Assembly (NCBI GenBank): GCA_951406725.2
Contig: OX597832.1
Location: forward strand, 18,476,001 to 18,540,000
Reading direction: 5' to 3'
Source of the DNA: Octopus vulgaris
Lineage: Eukaryota
DNA length: 64,000 bases
Made by a program: the position numbers and the translations under genes. Shown in pieces: positions 12,265-25,446 of this stretch. Each line of letters opens with the position of its first letter. Positions within the stretch are counted from its first letter, which is position 1. The notes below the pieces were generated by a model. That model saw only the letters and a program-made list of their open reading frames with translations. It searched no databases and was not told where the DNA came from.

Positions 12265-12520
12265 CAGACGCCGAGCTGGCAGAAACGTTACCACGCCGGG
12301 TGAAATGCTTAGCGGCATTTCTTCTGTCTTTACGTTCCTAGTTCAAATACCACCGAAGTCATCTCTGCCATTCATCCTTCTCAAGGCGGAGAGTTGGCAG
12401 AAACATTAGCACATCGTGCGAAATTCTTAGCAGTGTTTCGTCTGCAGTTACATTCTGAGTTCATATTCCGCTGAGGTCGACTTTGCCATTCATCCTTTCG
12501 GGGTCGATAAATTAGTTACC
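12265..12520 (+). mobile_element. Family-N SINE dimer
   Basis: Two consecutive heads (GAGCTGGCAGAAACGTTA at 12273; GAGTTGGCAGAAACATTAG at 12391). Confidence 0.75.
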
Positions 12521-12528
12521 ATTTATTG

Positions 12529-12960
12529 TAGGCAATACAGAAATGGCTGTGTGGTAAGTAGCTTGTTTACCAACCACATTTATCCGGGTTCAGCCCCACT
12601 GCGTGGCACCTTGGGATAAGTGTCTTCTACTATAGCCTCGGGCCGACCAAAGCCTTCTGAGTGTATTTGGTAGACGGAAACTAAAAGAAACCCGTCATAT
12701 ATATGTATATATATATATGTATGTGTGTGTGTGTTTGTGTGTCTGTGTTTGCCCCCCTAGCATTGCTTGACAACCGATGCTGGTGTGTTTATGTCACCGT
12801 CACTTAGCGGTTCGGCAAAAAGAGACCGATAGAATAAGTACTGGGCTTACAAAGAATAAGTCCCGGGGTCGAGTTGCTCGATTAAAGGCGGTGCTCCAGC
12901 ATGGCCGCAGTCAAATGACTGAAAGAGGTAAAAGAGATTAAAAGAGAGTAAAGAGAGTAA
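12529..12960 (+). mobile_element. CORE-like tRNA SINE (family C), full length with internal (TA)/(TG) tract
   Basis: tRNA-like head with B box GGGTTCAGCCCC. CORE/MIR-like GTGGCACCTTGGG(ATA)AGTGTC. Tail GGCGGTGCTCCAGCATGGCCGCAGTCAAATGACTGAAA plus AAAGAG repeats. Matches 54887-55290. Confidence 0.88.
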
Positions 12961-13992
12961 ATAGAAACGTTAGCACTCCGGGCGAAATTCTTAGCCGTGT
13001 TTCGTATGTCTTTACGTTCTCAGTTCAAATTCTGCAGGGGTCGACTTTACCTTTCATCCTTTCAGGGTCGATAAATTAAGTACAATTTGCGCTCTATGGT
13101 CGATTTGATCGACTGGTCTCTCCCCCCCAAATTTCGGGCCTTGCACCTAGAGTAGAAAAGAATATTATTTATTATATTAACCCCAATGTTAGCAGTTTTG
13201 ATCGGTGATGTTCTGCAGATAATTTCAATCTTAGTACTAAATATGTATTTCATTTTATTGACTTCGGTGTGATGTGTATTTAGAGAGTAAGGAACACCAT
13301 GAACTGCAAAGCATTTTATTAAAAGCTTCAAAGACATTACCAATACAAATCGTCTTTATTGCTTTCAAATTTGGAACAGGGCCAGCAATTTCAACGAAAG
13401 AGTTAAGTCAATTATGTCGACCCCAGTATGTCACTGTACATATTTTATCGATGCCCTAAATGATGATAGACAAAATCAGTCTCCGAGAATTTGAACTCAG
13501 AACGTAAGGACGGACGAAATACCGGAAAGAGTTTTGGCCGATATGCTAGCGATTCAACTAGCTCGCCGCGTTACAATTGGTCAGTATCAACATTAATTTC
13601 AAAATCTGGCACAAGGAGACCAATTTCAGGTTACGGTGTTAGGCGATTACATCGACCCTAGTGTTCAACTGGTACTTTTTTATCGACCCCGAAAATATGA
13701 AAGCTAAATTCAACCCCAACTTTTACTCTTTTCAGTCATTTAATTGTGGTCATGCTGGAGCATCGCCTTTACTCGAGCAATTCAAATTTTGGCCCACGGT
13801 CAGCAATTTCGGGGAAAGGATTGAGTTGATTGCATCGACCCTTGTACTCAGCTGGTACTTATTTTATCGACCTCAAAAGGATGAAAGGCGAAGTTGACAT
13901 CGGCGGAATTTTAACTCAGAACACGAAGACAGAAAAAATGCCGTTAACCATTTCCTTCGGCGCGCTAAATATTCTGCCAGCTCGCCGCCTTA
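12961..13992. mobile_element. Cluster of family-N SINE copies (plus 12961-13165; minus ~13360-13570, ~13600-13720, ~13780-13992)
   Basis: Repeated family-N cores and heads, e.g. TGCCAGCTCGCCGCC at 13975-13989. Confidence 0.75.
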
Positions 13993-14009
13993 CGGTTATA
14001 ATTAATCGT

Positions 14010-14361
14010 GGCACTTTGTCGGTTGCAACGACGCGGGTTCCAGTTGATCCGATCAACGGAACAGCCAGCTAGTGAAATTAACGTGCAAGTGGCTGAACAC
14101 TCCACAGACAGATTCAGCATCACACAGAGTGTGACACGGCTGGCCCTTTGAAACACAGGTACAAAAGAAACAGGAAGAAAGAGTAAGAGAAAGTTGTGAT
14201 GAAAGAATACAGCAGGGTTCGCCACCACGCCCTGTTTGAGCCTCGTGGAGCTTTAGGTGTTTTCGCTCAATAAACATCCACAACGCCTCGTCTGAGAATC
14301 GAAATCGGGATCCTACAACCGCGAGTCCGCTGGCCTAACCATTGGGCCATTGCGATTCCGC
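14010..14361 (-). mobile_element. Family A SINE, older copy with internal deletion
   Basis: Colinear with 194-576 but more diverged and missing the GTGTACCC..GGGATA segment. Confidence 0.85.
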
Positions 14362-14432
14362 ATTATTAATATTCACTTCTAGACTCCTAGTGTAGAGTGC
14401 ATACTTTGAGAGAAGATGCAGACGTCTAAATA

Positions 14433-14691
14433 AACAAAATAAATGCACCCTTTTAAAGCCTAACCAGGCTCATGGGCCGGGTTTCCCGGTTTCTATGGTG
14501 TACATGTTCCCCAGCTGGACGGGGCGCCAGTCCATCGCAGCTTTACTCATTTTTGCCAATTGAGTGGACTGGAGCAACGTGAAATTATGTGTTTTGCTCA
14601 AGAACACAATGCCTCGCCCGGTCCTGGAATCGAAACCAAAATCTTACGATCATGATGCTGATACCCTAACCACTAATCCACGCGCTTCCAC
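14433..14691 (-). mobile_element. ~260-bp tRNA SINE (family D)
   Basis: tRNA-like head on the minus strand. Tail shared with 49948-50251. TSD AGACGTCT(A/G)AATA at 14420-14432 and 14693-14705. Confidence 0.85.
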
Positions 14692-15750
14692 TAGACGTCT
14701 GAATACATACTGATTATTAATTTGTACTTATTTATCTATGCTTGTCATGGGATTTAAACTCAAATCACAAAGGTACATAACCGAAAAGAAACTGTTAAAA
14801 ACAATTTCCCAAGCACAGGTAGTAATATTCCAACCGCTTTGCTTCCCTTCAATATCCAATTCTATCATTGTTAAAGGACCTCGAACATTATTTATTTATA
14901 CATTTATTGACTGATTTATATATTCGATGTGGGTGTTCGTATTTTCAACAAAATCATCCTAAATTCTATCGTGGTATTTTAGTTTATCGGGCAATTATAG
15001 AGGCGAATCAAAATGTGAATTTGTGGGATTTGAACCCAGAACTTCAAGTCGTAACTAAATACCGCAAGGCAATTTGTCTAATTTTCTAATGATTCCACTA
15101 TCCGATCCGCTGCCCTTCCTCCGTGATTAGATTTTAGCCTAAACAACAAAAAAGATTTCAACAGCGTAAAGAATAGCGTCGACCATACGTACAACAACAG
15201 CTACAACAACAACAACAACAACAGCCACAATAACAACAGCAATAATATTGTCAACTGCCAGAAAACTAATGAGTAGCAAACCCCTCCTTATACGATACCT
15301 TGAATCTGCAAGCACAATCTGAACAATAAAAGGCGTGGCTGTGACATGGTGACAGGACGTAAGATTACAATGGGCTGAGATATTGACAAGTGACTCGCTA
15401 ACTTACATACCCAAATTTGACTATTGTCAAAGTCGAATTGGCTTCTTATCGCAACATTGAGTGTATCTCCGTACCCCAATACAGAACGCCACACCACACC
15501 TCATCACCACAATTTTAATTTTTCTACCCTGCGGTGTATAAAATAACTACCCTCTTAATTGAACAAGAGGTTTTAAAATCTACGAGATAAATGATGTGGT
15601 TACTCGTAAAAAATTTCCTGCATTTAATGGTTCCCACTTATTTTTTAATCTTAAATTGCACTCTTTTATTCCAGTAATAAAGTAAAAACTGATGGTCGAA
15701 ATACTGGAGTGTCCGAAATATTGAAGTGTATGTGAGTTGAGAGCTGATGT

Positions 15751-16177
15751 GGGATCTTTAAGGTTTGAACGGCAGTTTTTAACATAATTTCTAGGTAACT
15801 AAAAAATGTTAAACTTCGAATACTGGTAGAATGTGTTTATAAAACATCTTTTTCTCTTGGCTTTATTGAGAAAATTCTATAGTTTGTTAGATATTTGTTG
15901 TTTTTTTTCTTCAATTTTTGCAATTTCAACCAATTAATGACGTCTATTGAGTTAAAAAGCATTCTGTACCGTATGAATATGTCCCTCGTTTAAGAAACAG
16001 ATTGGGTTTATTTATATTTGTGAAGAAAAATATACCCTTCCCCCACCCCTAAACCTAACTAACCTTAACCCTAAAAGTGATTGAAATGCAATAGATCGAT
16101 TCTAGGGTCATAATTATGGGTGGCAATTTCATATGACACCGCTAGAAAAAAACTGCCGTTCAAACCGAAAATTTCCC
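15751..16177. mobile_element. TIR MITE with 6-bp TSD and internal telomere-like CCCTAA repeats
   Basis: GGG..CCC ends. Perfect 19-bp inverted core GGTTTGAACGGCAGTTTTT / AAAAACTGCCGTTCAAACC. TGATGT on both sides (15745-15750, 16178-16183). Confidence 0.85.
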
Positions 16178-16459
16178 TGATGTGTACTTCGATAAAGTTT
16201 GTGTGGAAGGGTATTCTACATTTTCTTTCTGATTAGATCTATATACACAATCGACGTCATGTATGATGATGTGGTGCTTTGAGTTTAAGATTAAACGATA
16301 TGTACAGCTACATAATAAAAAAAAAATGTTAAATACTTTTAAAAAAGTTTGTTTATAAAATGAATATTTTTATGCATTTTCTCTGTTACCTTTTTCTATA
16401 CTCCGATAACGAATCAAAATATATTTAGAAGAAATATAATTAAGATAAACTATTGTTTT

Positions 16460-17015
16460 CACATCTTGACACAAGGACGGCCATTTCGGGGAGGTGTTAA
16501 GTCAATTGAGTCAACCTCAGTGTTCAACTGGTACTTATTTTATCGACATCCAAATGATAAAAGGAAGAGTAGACCTCGGTGGAATTTGAACTCAGAGCGT
16601 AAGGACGGACGAAATGCCGCTAAGCATTTTGCCAGCTCGCTGCATTATTAAGGTGAAATACTAAAAGGAAATGGAAATGCAGGTCTGGAAGTAAATTTTG
16701 TCTTCTATCTCTTTACTACCCACAAGGGGCTAAACACAGGGAGGACAAACAAGGACAGACAAACAGATTAAGTCGATTATATATGTTTCTTTATTACCGA
16801 CAAGTAGCTAAACATAGAGAGGACAAACAAGGATAGACAAACGGATCAAGTCAATTATATCGACCCCAGTGCGTAACTGATACTTAATTTATCGACTCCG
16901 AAAGGATGAAAGGCAAAGTCGACCTCAGCTGCATTTGAACTCAGAACGTAACGGCAGACGAAATACGGCTATGCATTTCGCTCGGCGTGCTATCGTTTCT
17001 GCCAGCTCGCCGCCC
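16460..17015 (-). mobile_element. Family-N SINE copies (16460-16645; 16705-17015 with duplicated tail)
   Basis: Family-N core and head TGCCAGCTCGCCGCC at 17000-17014. The GACAAACAAGGA tail segment occurs twice. Confidence 0.8.
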
Positions 17016-18929
17016 TCTGAGTAAAGTTTGTCTTCTTAAAAAGGAAGCCATTCTTTCTACGCCAGAACTGAAACCGAATATCTATCTTAGCAATACAAAC
17101 ACAATACAGGGAAAACATAAATAATAAATTAACAAATAAAAGTAACTAATGTACAAACAATAACACCACCAATAACACAACATCAGAAACAACACCAATA
17201 ACTACACCAACAACAATTATAAATACAACAGCATTTACATCATTAAATATTGCTTTTTTTGAGATGTATAGAAGGCACATCCTATTGTTTCGCTTATCTC
17301 ATTGTTATGTTCTGTCATTTTTGTTACATTTCATATGATGTATTTGTCCTCATGTTTGCGGTTTAATTTTGTTTTATTATTCTGTTCTGTGAATTGTTTT
17401 ATTAAAGGTTGTAACGTTTCGTGTGTGTTTATGTATGGAAAAAGCGGATGAATATATTTAAGATGATGTTGGTTTTATTTTTACAACCATTCCTGATCTA
17501 GGCCTTATTTTTTTGATAAATAATAAAGTAGAAAAAAAAAATTCCTTTCTTTTGTCATTATTATTTTTTAAGGTCAGATTTGAATTTGACGAGGAATTTT
17601 TTGCTTTGTTTCACGTCAGAAGCCCCCGCTAACATTCTTTCATTCTTCATAAATACATACAAAAACATTAAATCCCATACGCACACATACATTTCAGTAT
17701 ACAATATATATATATATATATAATATGCTTGTGTGTAGTCGCATAAGCACACCAAAATATGGGCACAAGTTATGCCTCCCATCTGGAAGATATACATATC
17801 CACAGTATACATACAGACACTAACACATTCCGTCTATGCGTATTGTACACGCAAATACTAAAACAAAAGAGACAAATCGCCTTTTATGGGAAAATGGGGT
17901 TCCTTGCTAAATAGAATAATAGCACAAAGCATTTTTTGGTAAAAAGGTCGGTGCTTCTGCTTATAGATGAATATACGTATAAAGCGAGATAAAACCCACA
18001 CACAATTACTCACACATTGACACAGGAATAAAGTAAAGAGATAATTTTTACTCATACACCATAGTCAAAAAGACTTATACACATACACTAAAATGTTATC
18101 ATACATACTACATAGTCAAATACACAAATTACAAAAAGAAAAAAAAGCATTTGATATATATATTTATTTGTGTTTTCCTTATTTTTAACCAGTTTCAGCA
18201 GAAGATCTCCGAATATCTGGCTTTCAACTATTGTGAGAAGATTGATTCTCCAGGGTAAAGATGGTTTTGATTATTATTCACAGTGCTTTCGAGGTGATAG
18301 TTCTTACTGAAAATAAAACAAAATAAAATATAAATAACTAAAACTAAAATATATACATAACATGATGCTATAAAGAACCATTTTTTTGTTTCTCTTTTAT
18401 AAAATTTCACCTTTCTTTGAGCTATTTATAATGTGGCGATACCTTTATGTTCTGTTCATAATATTATTTAACTAATTACCTAATATTTTTTAAATGTATT
18501 TGTGTGTGCTTTTGTTTTGTTTTTTTTGTATTTCTGTATGTATGATTAGTTAAAAACTAATCGCCATTGTAGACAATTTCTATTAAGCTGTGCTTTTTCT
18601 TTCTAATTTTTATTTTGCGAAAGTTTGAAAATTTAAAAAGCATTTACCACTGATAGTTAAGGATCTTTCTTTCCTGTGAATCGAAACCGCCACCCACATC
18701 TGAATACCGAAATAAAATTTCTCGTCACTAATAGTACTAACTTATTTAAAATAGTCAAGTAGGACATATAACACCATCCTGGTCATAATGCAGAATGTGA
18801 TGCAAGAGAAGCGGGACTCTGCACACTATGCTCGAACTGCTAAAAGTAGCAGGTAAATGTCCTTCCGTCAAATCCCCGACTGCTATTAGAAATGAGGAAT
18901 ATCATATTGCAATAAATAACAGCAGAATA

Positions 18930-19350
18930 CGGTGGAGTGATGGCAGAATCGTTAACACGCCGGGCGAAATGCTTAGCGGTATTTCGTCTGTCGCTACGTT
19001 CTGAGTTCAAATTCTGCCGAGGTCGACTTTGCCTTTCATTCTCTCGGGGTCAATTAAATAAGTACCAGTTATGCACTGGGAATTGATATAATTGACAATA
19101 TCCGTTTGTTTGCTCTTGTTTGTCCCCTCTGTATGTAGCCCCTTCTGGGCAGTAAAGAAATAAGAAACGTTACCACGCTGGGCAAAATGCTTAGCGGTAT
19201 TTCGTCCATTTTTTTACGTTCTGGGTTGAAATTCTGCCAAGTTCAACTTCGAAGTTCTTCCTTTCGGTTGCAGTAAGCACCATTTAAGCACTGGGGATTA
19301 TGTAATTGACTTACCCACTACCTCGAAAATACTGGGTTTGAGCTAAAAAG
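18930..19350 (+). mobile_element. Family-N SINE tandem dimer
   Basis: A full unit runs to ..GCAGTAAAGAAATA and is joined directly to a second unit starting AGAAACGTTACCACG. Confidence 0.8.
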
Positions 19351-19621
19351 TTTCAAAACGATTTACATTAGCAGATATAATTTTTCAACAGGAAAACTAC
19401 AAAATGCTATAGAGTCGGCACATAACGCTTTTACTCAAAAGCTTAAACAAAAACCAAAGAAAGTTCCCACATCGCCAACTTGTTAGTTCGTTTGTTTAAG
19501 ACGGGAGAGTTATGGCTGCTGTGTAGTAAATCACGACCTGATATTAGAAAACTTCTAGGACAATGACAAAACGTATCTAAGTAAACTATTGAATGTTCCC
19601 ATTATTAAACTATATTTAAAT

Positions 19622-19974
19622 CAGGTTCCCAACTAATTTTTGTTTATGTATCCTATTGTATGCTTTAAAAATCCTATTGTATTATTATAATTTATTTTAT
19701 TTTGTTTTATCTAGTTTCAGCTCACGAGCTGAAGCCATGCTGGGGTACCACCTTTAAAAAATTTGGAGGCTGCCCGTAGGAAACGAACCCGTAGCTCCTG
19801 CAGACATTACTAGCGTTCTACTCATTGGACCAAAGCAATCCATTTTATTTTTTAAATATTATTAACAATTGTAATTTTGAAAATATTCTATGTATTGCTG
19901 AAATATAACCTATTTTTTGCACATTAGTACAAGATATAGGAATATCTTCTATGGACCCCAGTTAAGGAGCACTG
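19622..19974. mobile_element. hAT (Charlie-like) MITE with a nested short tRNA-SINE (minus, ~19705-19841)
   Basis: CAG..CTG termini and an 8-bp TSD ATTTAAAT (19614-19621, 19975-19982). The nested piece has GGGTTCGTTTCC and a family-C-like tail. Confidence 0.7.
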
Positions 19975-21230
19975 ATTTAAATGATCACAGTCGTGAAGAA
20001 ACAGGGATATTATACGTTTTATGCTAGGTCCTTCATCAGAAAGCCGATAGATTTTCTTTTCCGAACGAATTATTCAAACGACATCACTCTTAACTTCTCC
20101 CTTACGTCAAATCAACATCTGCTACTTTCTTAATGTTTCCTTTAAGGCCTTTCCATTGAAATTATCAAAGGAAAATTTGACAGCGCGGGTAGATTTTAGA
20201 ATTAGAGAGAGAACACGACTTAATTACCACAACATATTTTTCACAGGTTCTGCATTGATAATGCCATTATGCAACAGAGTATTTGAATAATTTATAAGTA
20301 AATTAATATATTATAATAACGGTGGTTTAAGAGCTTTTCTTTAATTTCCTGAGAAAGTTGTTACAAAAGCGCGATTGTAATATTTTGAATATATTCTACA
20401 CTTGAATTGTTCTCTTGAGAATAGGCTTTAAATGTTGCACAGCACCGTATTTATTGTTGATAATACAAGTAGTTTTATTACATTCTCTAAAAAAAACCCA
20501 TAGTGCTGACGATTCATATTCGGTTTCAAAAGCATTTACTGAATGAGTGTAATATTGTCAGATTATAGAAAATGTACGTTATTATACTGACTCATTCATG
20601 AATATTGTGCTAAAGTATTACTTTATGTAGCAGTTAGATTTACAGTTCACTGATAAAAGGCCCCACTCTGAACGTTCAACAACCCCCCCACTTCGTCGCA
20701 AACTGATTATTTAATATTTGAATAATTTCTACTCACTATTTTACGAATGTTGGAAATTGTATCTTATTCTACATTTCACAGCTTAGCTTGAGGCACGTAT
20801 AATGTAAGTAGGAAGAGAATAGCTGAGATGCGTTCCAATTTGTCTTATTAATTCAGGGTAGAATTAAAGCTAAATACAATAACATCAAGAACAACAACTA
20901 CGTACCTTAAAACATAACAGCAGAATTTTAGTATGCATATCTGTTAACCCACCCGTACATTGCTTTTAAACCAGATTGTTCTAGAGATGAAATGAAATCT
21001 AGCAGTATAGAAGTTGAGGGAAATCGAAAACTTATTTGTATCGCCGAGCGTCGGACAGAAGGTCTAACAGTAATTATTCCGGATTTGCGCTTTTTCAGTG
21101 TTTGTATCTCATACGTCCTTTTTGAGTTTTCCTTTGCATTACCTGGATATCATTCCTGTACTGTTGTCAGCATCTGTTCATGTTTCCTTTACTCAACATC
21201 TCTGTTTCTCTCTCTCTAAATTGTGTGTCT

Positions 21231-21400
21231 GTGGAGGCACATGGCCTAGTGGTTAGAGCAGCAGAATCGTGGTCGAGGGATCGCGGTTTCAAATCTCAGA
21301 CCGGTCGATGTATGTTTATGAGCGAAACACCTAAGCTCCACGCGGCTCTGACAAAGTCATCGGAGGGGCGATGTCTGCCCTGCGCGCACACACGAATAAA
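21231..21400 (+). mobile_element. tRNA SINE head (family B type), short copy
   Basis: GTGGAGGCACATGGCCTAGTGGTTAGAGCAGC matches the head of 61540-61848. Confidence 0.75.
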
Positions 21401-21417
21401 ATAACATTTAATTTAAT

Positions 21418-21709
21418 AACTATATGCTCAGACGAATTCATATTTCTACAAAATGACACCTAGTGTAATTTCCCCTGCCTATGGTATATGAATATGTAAC
21501 AAAAAAAAAAAAAATTATTCATCCATCTTCCGGTTTTGAAGATATTCAAACCAAAATTTAATGAGTTCGAGCAACTCATCCAATAAGTATATCTTTCCAA
21601 TTTAGTGAAAATCCATTCAGCCATTTTCTAGTTATTTTGCAAACACACAGACAAAAAGGCGAAGATGAGCGACTACAATACTCTGCTTTCGCTTACGCTC
21701 GCAGGGTAA
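21418..21709 (-). mobile_element. DINE-1/HINE-like element (duplicate ~32441-32734)
   Basis: The minus strand begins with the hairpin TTACCCTGC..GCAGAGTA, then TTTGTCTGTGTGTTTG and GGATTTTCACTAAATTGG. Confidence 0.5.
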
Positions 21710-23384
21710 ATATAATAATAATACCAGATCCTACTTAACTCTTCATGACCGTGCCCACGTATATTAGCCATTCAATGATTAAAGCAAGTAAAAGACAAAT
21801 AATAAAATTTGTCTACATAACATCACATTATTTTATTCGAGTCGATAAGGAAATATGTTCGTAGTTTCTTACCAGCTAGAAATAGCAGACAAAATTTTCT
21901 TCACATTAAACTAATGCTTTCAAGTTTTGGCAAAAGGCCAGCAATTTCGGGAAATGTGCAGGTCGATTAGATTGACCTCGTTGATCAATTGGTTCGTATT
22001 TTATCGGCCCCGAAAGGATAAAAGGCAAAATCGACCGCGGCGGAATTTGCACTCGCACATCAAGACGATAATAAAAACAACTTGTTTTATAAAGTGGCTT
22101 TGGATTACTTGTATATAGGGAAAATACGGGATGGTCAAGGCTAGCATGTGACTACTCCGATCTTAGGATATTAAGTCATACACTCAGATAGCACTGATTT
22201 GGGGCTCAACTGCCCCAACATCATCACCAAGCACTAGTTCCGAACACTATCTCGACTTCTAGAACTAATAGGGATCTAATAGGGATGTTCTCTCGATTTC
22301 CAAGGCGTTTACGTTACAGAGATTAAAACATTAGACATGAAACGGACGCCAGATAATTACATTCATCTGATTGGAAGGAAGAAACGTGCGGAAAAAAGGT
22401 TTTTGCTGAAAACACAACATACCAGGCGGCCTGGGAATCGAAACTACGATCTAGCGATCGTGAGTGCAGCAAACTTACGACTACGCAACGCACATTTTCC
22501 TAAAAGAAAAAAATAAAATAAAATAACAGGGTTTCATTTATCAGCCGCAGGGCAGCAACAAAATTGAAAGTCGATGACCTCAGCAAAATTTGAACCCAGA
22601 ACGTAATTGAACATAACGAAATATCCACAAGGCAATTTGTCAGGAGTACTCCCGTTTCTATCATGCAACGCCCTTTTCTTTGTCCGTCATAGTGTTGACA
22701 AAATAGAATCGAATCAAAATCTATAATTAGTTACTTATGAATGCTTTCAAACTATGTGACACACACGCATCTGACACGCATATTTAGCTATGCTGTCTTC
22801 AGGTGAATGCGATGTCATGTATTTTTGACACGCTACGATAGATGCACGTACGAAGCATTCATTTATTTATTTAATGATTTATTTATTTATGTATTTATTT
22901 ATATTATTTATTTCCGTAACGCTTTCTCATGAATTGCCAGCAACATCTCTATTTTACGGTTTAATTGTCAGTTGAACATCGTGAAACGTTCAATTTTAAC
23001 ACTAAAATCCTTTGGACCAGACTTTATATTTATTCGGAGGATATTCGGTGAAATTAGCTTGTCGAACGCGTGATGTTATCTCCTTAACTTCCTAATATTC
23101 TTTTATTTAATTGTTCCTCGGTTAAGATGTTACTAACGCTGTTACAAAATTCACGCACACACACATATATATATATATGTTAATATTTATTTCTATGTTT
23201 AGTTATAATACAAGTAATTTTACTTGCATTACATTGATCTGATACCAGTAAAAACATCGTTGGCAAACCGACAGTTGCTTAACTGGCCGAAACTTGGAAA
23301 CCCTTATCAACAATATTCTTATTTAGAAATAAAGTTGTTCCTTGCAAACCTATAGAGTAATGCCCTCGGTGTAACCTAAAATTG

Positions 23385-23560
23385 TATATATATATACGAT
23401 GGGCTTCTTTCAGTTTCCGTTTACCAAATCCACTCACAAGGCTTTGGTCGGCCCGAGGCTGTAGTAGAAACACTTGCCCAAGGTGCCATGCAAGGGGACT
23501 GAACCCGGAACCATGTGGTTCGTAAGCAAGCTACTTACCACTCAGCCACTCCTACGCCTA
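23385..23560 (-). mobile_element. Family C SINE 5' half (duplicate ~34410-34585)
   Basis: Matches the head and CORE-like part of 12529-12700. Confidence 0.85.
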
Positions 23561-24376
23561 CATGATAAGTTTTAAGTGAAAATACATTTTCACATTTGAA
23601 ATGCAATCAAATCTGCATTATAATGTTTAGGTTTTAACTATAGAATATAAATGTTACATGGAACTTTTGACTTCAAAGGACAAGACTGATGATTCACCTA
23701 TGTTCACACGCAAAAATACGCACACACATTCATGCGCAGAGATACATTAACGCGTTCAAACACCGACATAACTCCTTGAATCAGAAAATAAATCATGAAT
23801 CTGTCCAGCACACTCTTTCTTATAGAGGCGTATAGCCAGAAATCTATGGTAAGTGGTTCTTCGGTTGCAAGGACTCGAGTTCTTCGTTAGCATTTGCTTT
23901 TGATAAATTCCGAAGTGAACCTATTAATATTTGAACAAAATTCATCGAAATCAAGAATGAATGCTCCAAAGCATATTACCCGATTTTCTGACGATGTTAC
24001 CTATTAATCGCCCTTGATCACTAAAATATCATACATTTAGAATTGCAGTTTCGACGTTTCATTTATTAGAAATAGAACTGATCCTGTATTTCGTGACAAC
24101 TAAGCTACAAATAGTATCAACCATTTTTTACATGCAGTTACATTCGCTATCTCATTATCTCTCCCCTACCTCCACGGCAGATCATTAATTAAATATTTTG
24201 TCCAAATTTTCCACCATAGAATGCTTCTCTCAAAAACAGTATAATTATTCAATTTCTTTGCCCTAAAAAGTTCAAATTGATTGTCTAGCTCACTTATAAT
24301 CGAATATCTACAATCCCTATTTAGGAACATCGATGAATAACGTAAGCGCTCAACCTCCTGAAATATCATCCGATAA

Positions 24377-24594
24377 TTAGGGCGTGGTGAAAAGGTCCTG
24401 GCTTTAAGGGTCTCACGAATGGCCAGGTTGGACGTCCAACCTCCTTCTGAGTTCTTTACAGAGTAAAAAACTGAAACACTGACAGTTGCAATAACTGGGA
24501 ATCTGAAAGGAGAATATGTTAAATTATATCATAATTAACTGATCCTCTTGTATTTTCTTTTACACAAAGCCAAGAACTTTTTAGCACACTCTTG
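24377..24594. mobile_element. Mariner-type MITE, same family as 2444-2697 (duplicate ~35402-35619)
   Basis: TGAAAAGGTCCTGGCTTTAAGG..TAATTAACTGAT..AAAGCCAAGAACTTTTTAGCAC..GTA. Confidence 0.55.
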
Positions 24595-24732
24595 TAATTA
24601 CAGTTTTAGTATATTGGAAAGCTATGCAGATCTAATGACGCAAATATTTCTGATCAATTTATTAAATTGCGTGCGTTCACGAATACTCAAAAGAACCTCT
24701 TCTCCTGGATCAAAATTGACCACTACAGAAGT

Positions 24733-24872
24733 GGTGTTTGTTCTTTCTCGAGCCACACCTGTCTCTTAAGGGCCAGTTTCCCGGTTTCATTGGCGTAGAG
24801 GTTCCCCACCTGGACAGGACGCCAGTCCGTCGCAGGCGAGCTGCAAGATGCAGGAGGAAAGAGTGAGAGTAA
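24733..24872 (-). mobile_element. 5'-truncated family B SINE (duplicate ~35758-35897)
   Basis: Tail matches 61545-61680. Perfect 12-bp TSD CACTACAGAAGT at 24721-24732 and 24873-24884. Confidence 0.85.
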
Positions 24873-25446
24873 CACTACAGAAGTAGCATATTGCAAATAT
24901 ATATACTAAGTTTTAATGCATAATTGATGATTGTTTGGAATATTCTAACGATAAAGTCAATTCCTTTAATCTACAACGGCGAAAATTTATATTGGGAAGC
25001 AAAACCTAGCTCTTGGTTTTCAATAGATTATGTAAGACAAAACTTTCCTCAAACATACATTACATACACGCACTCAAACACACTCACATATTTATACTCA
25101 GTTATATAAAAGCCTGCCTAAAATGTACGGTTTTACACTCACACCACACATACATAACGACACCCTTAATGTTGTATTCACGTCACTAAGTAATAGAATA
25201 AGCATAAAATAGTCACGGTTGTATACACTGTAAAATCCTGTTGTTATATAAGGGCTACGAATAACCAACATTGTTATTGTACGAGATGATAGGTTTATTG
25301 TCGCATTGTCACCTTTATAGCCTTATAGTTTGGAATTGGGTTTTCTGTTAACACAGAGAAATCTATTTATTTACTTACTTATGCACAAACATATATACGG
25401 ATTTATATAAATATATTCATTTATGTATATTTGCTTATATATATTA

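Noticed and set aside
15295-15400. CR1-like peptide LNNKRRGCDMVTGRKITMG
   Set aside because: Too short and degenerate to support a LINE call.
20010-20042. CTGATGAAG..AAACGT hammerhead-like remnant on the minus strand
   Set aside because: Stem II does not pair and GAAA is lost; at most a decayed relic.
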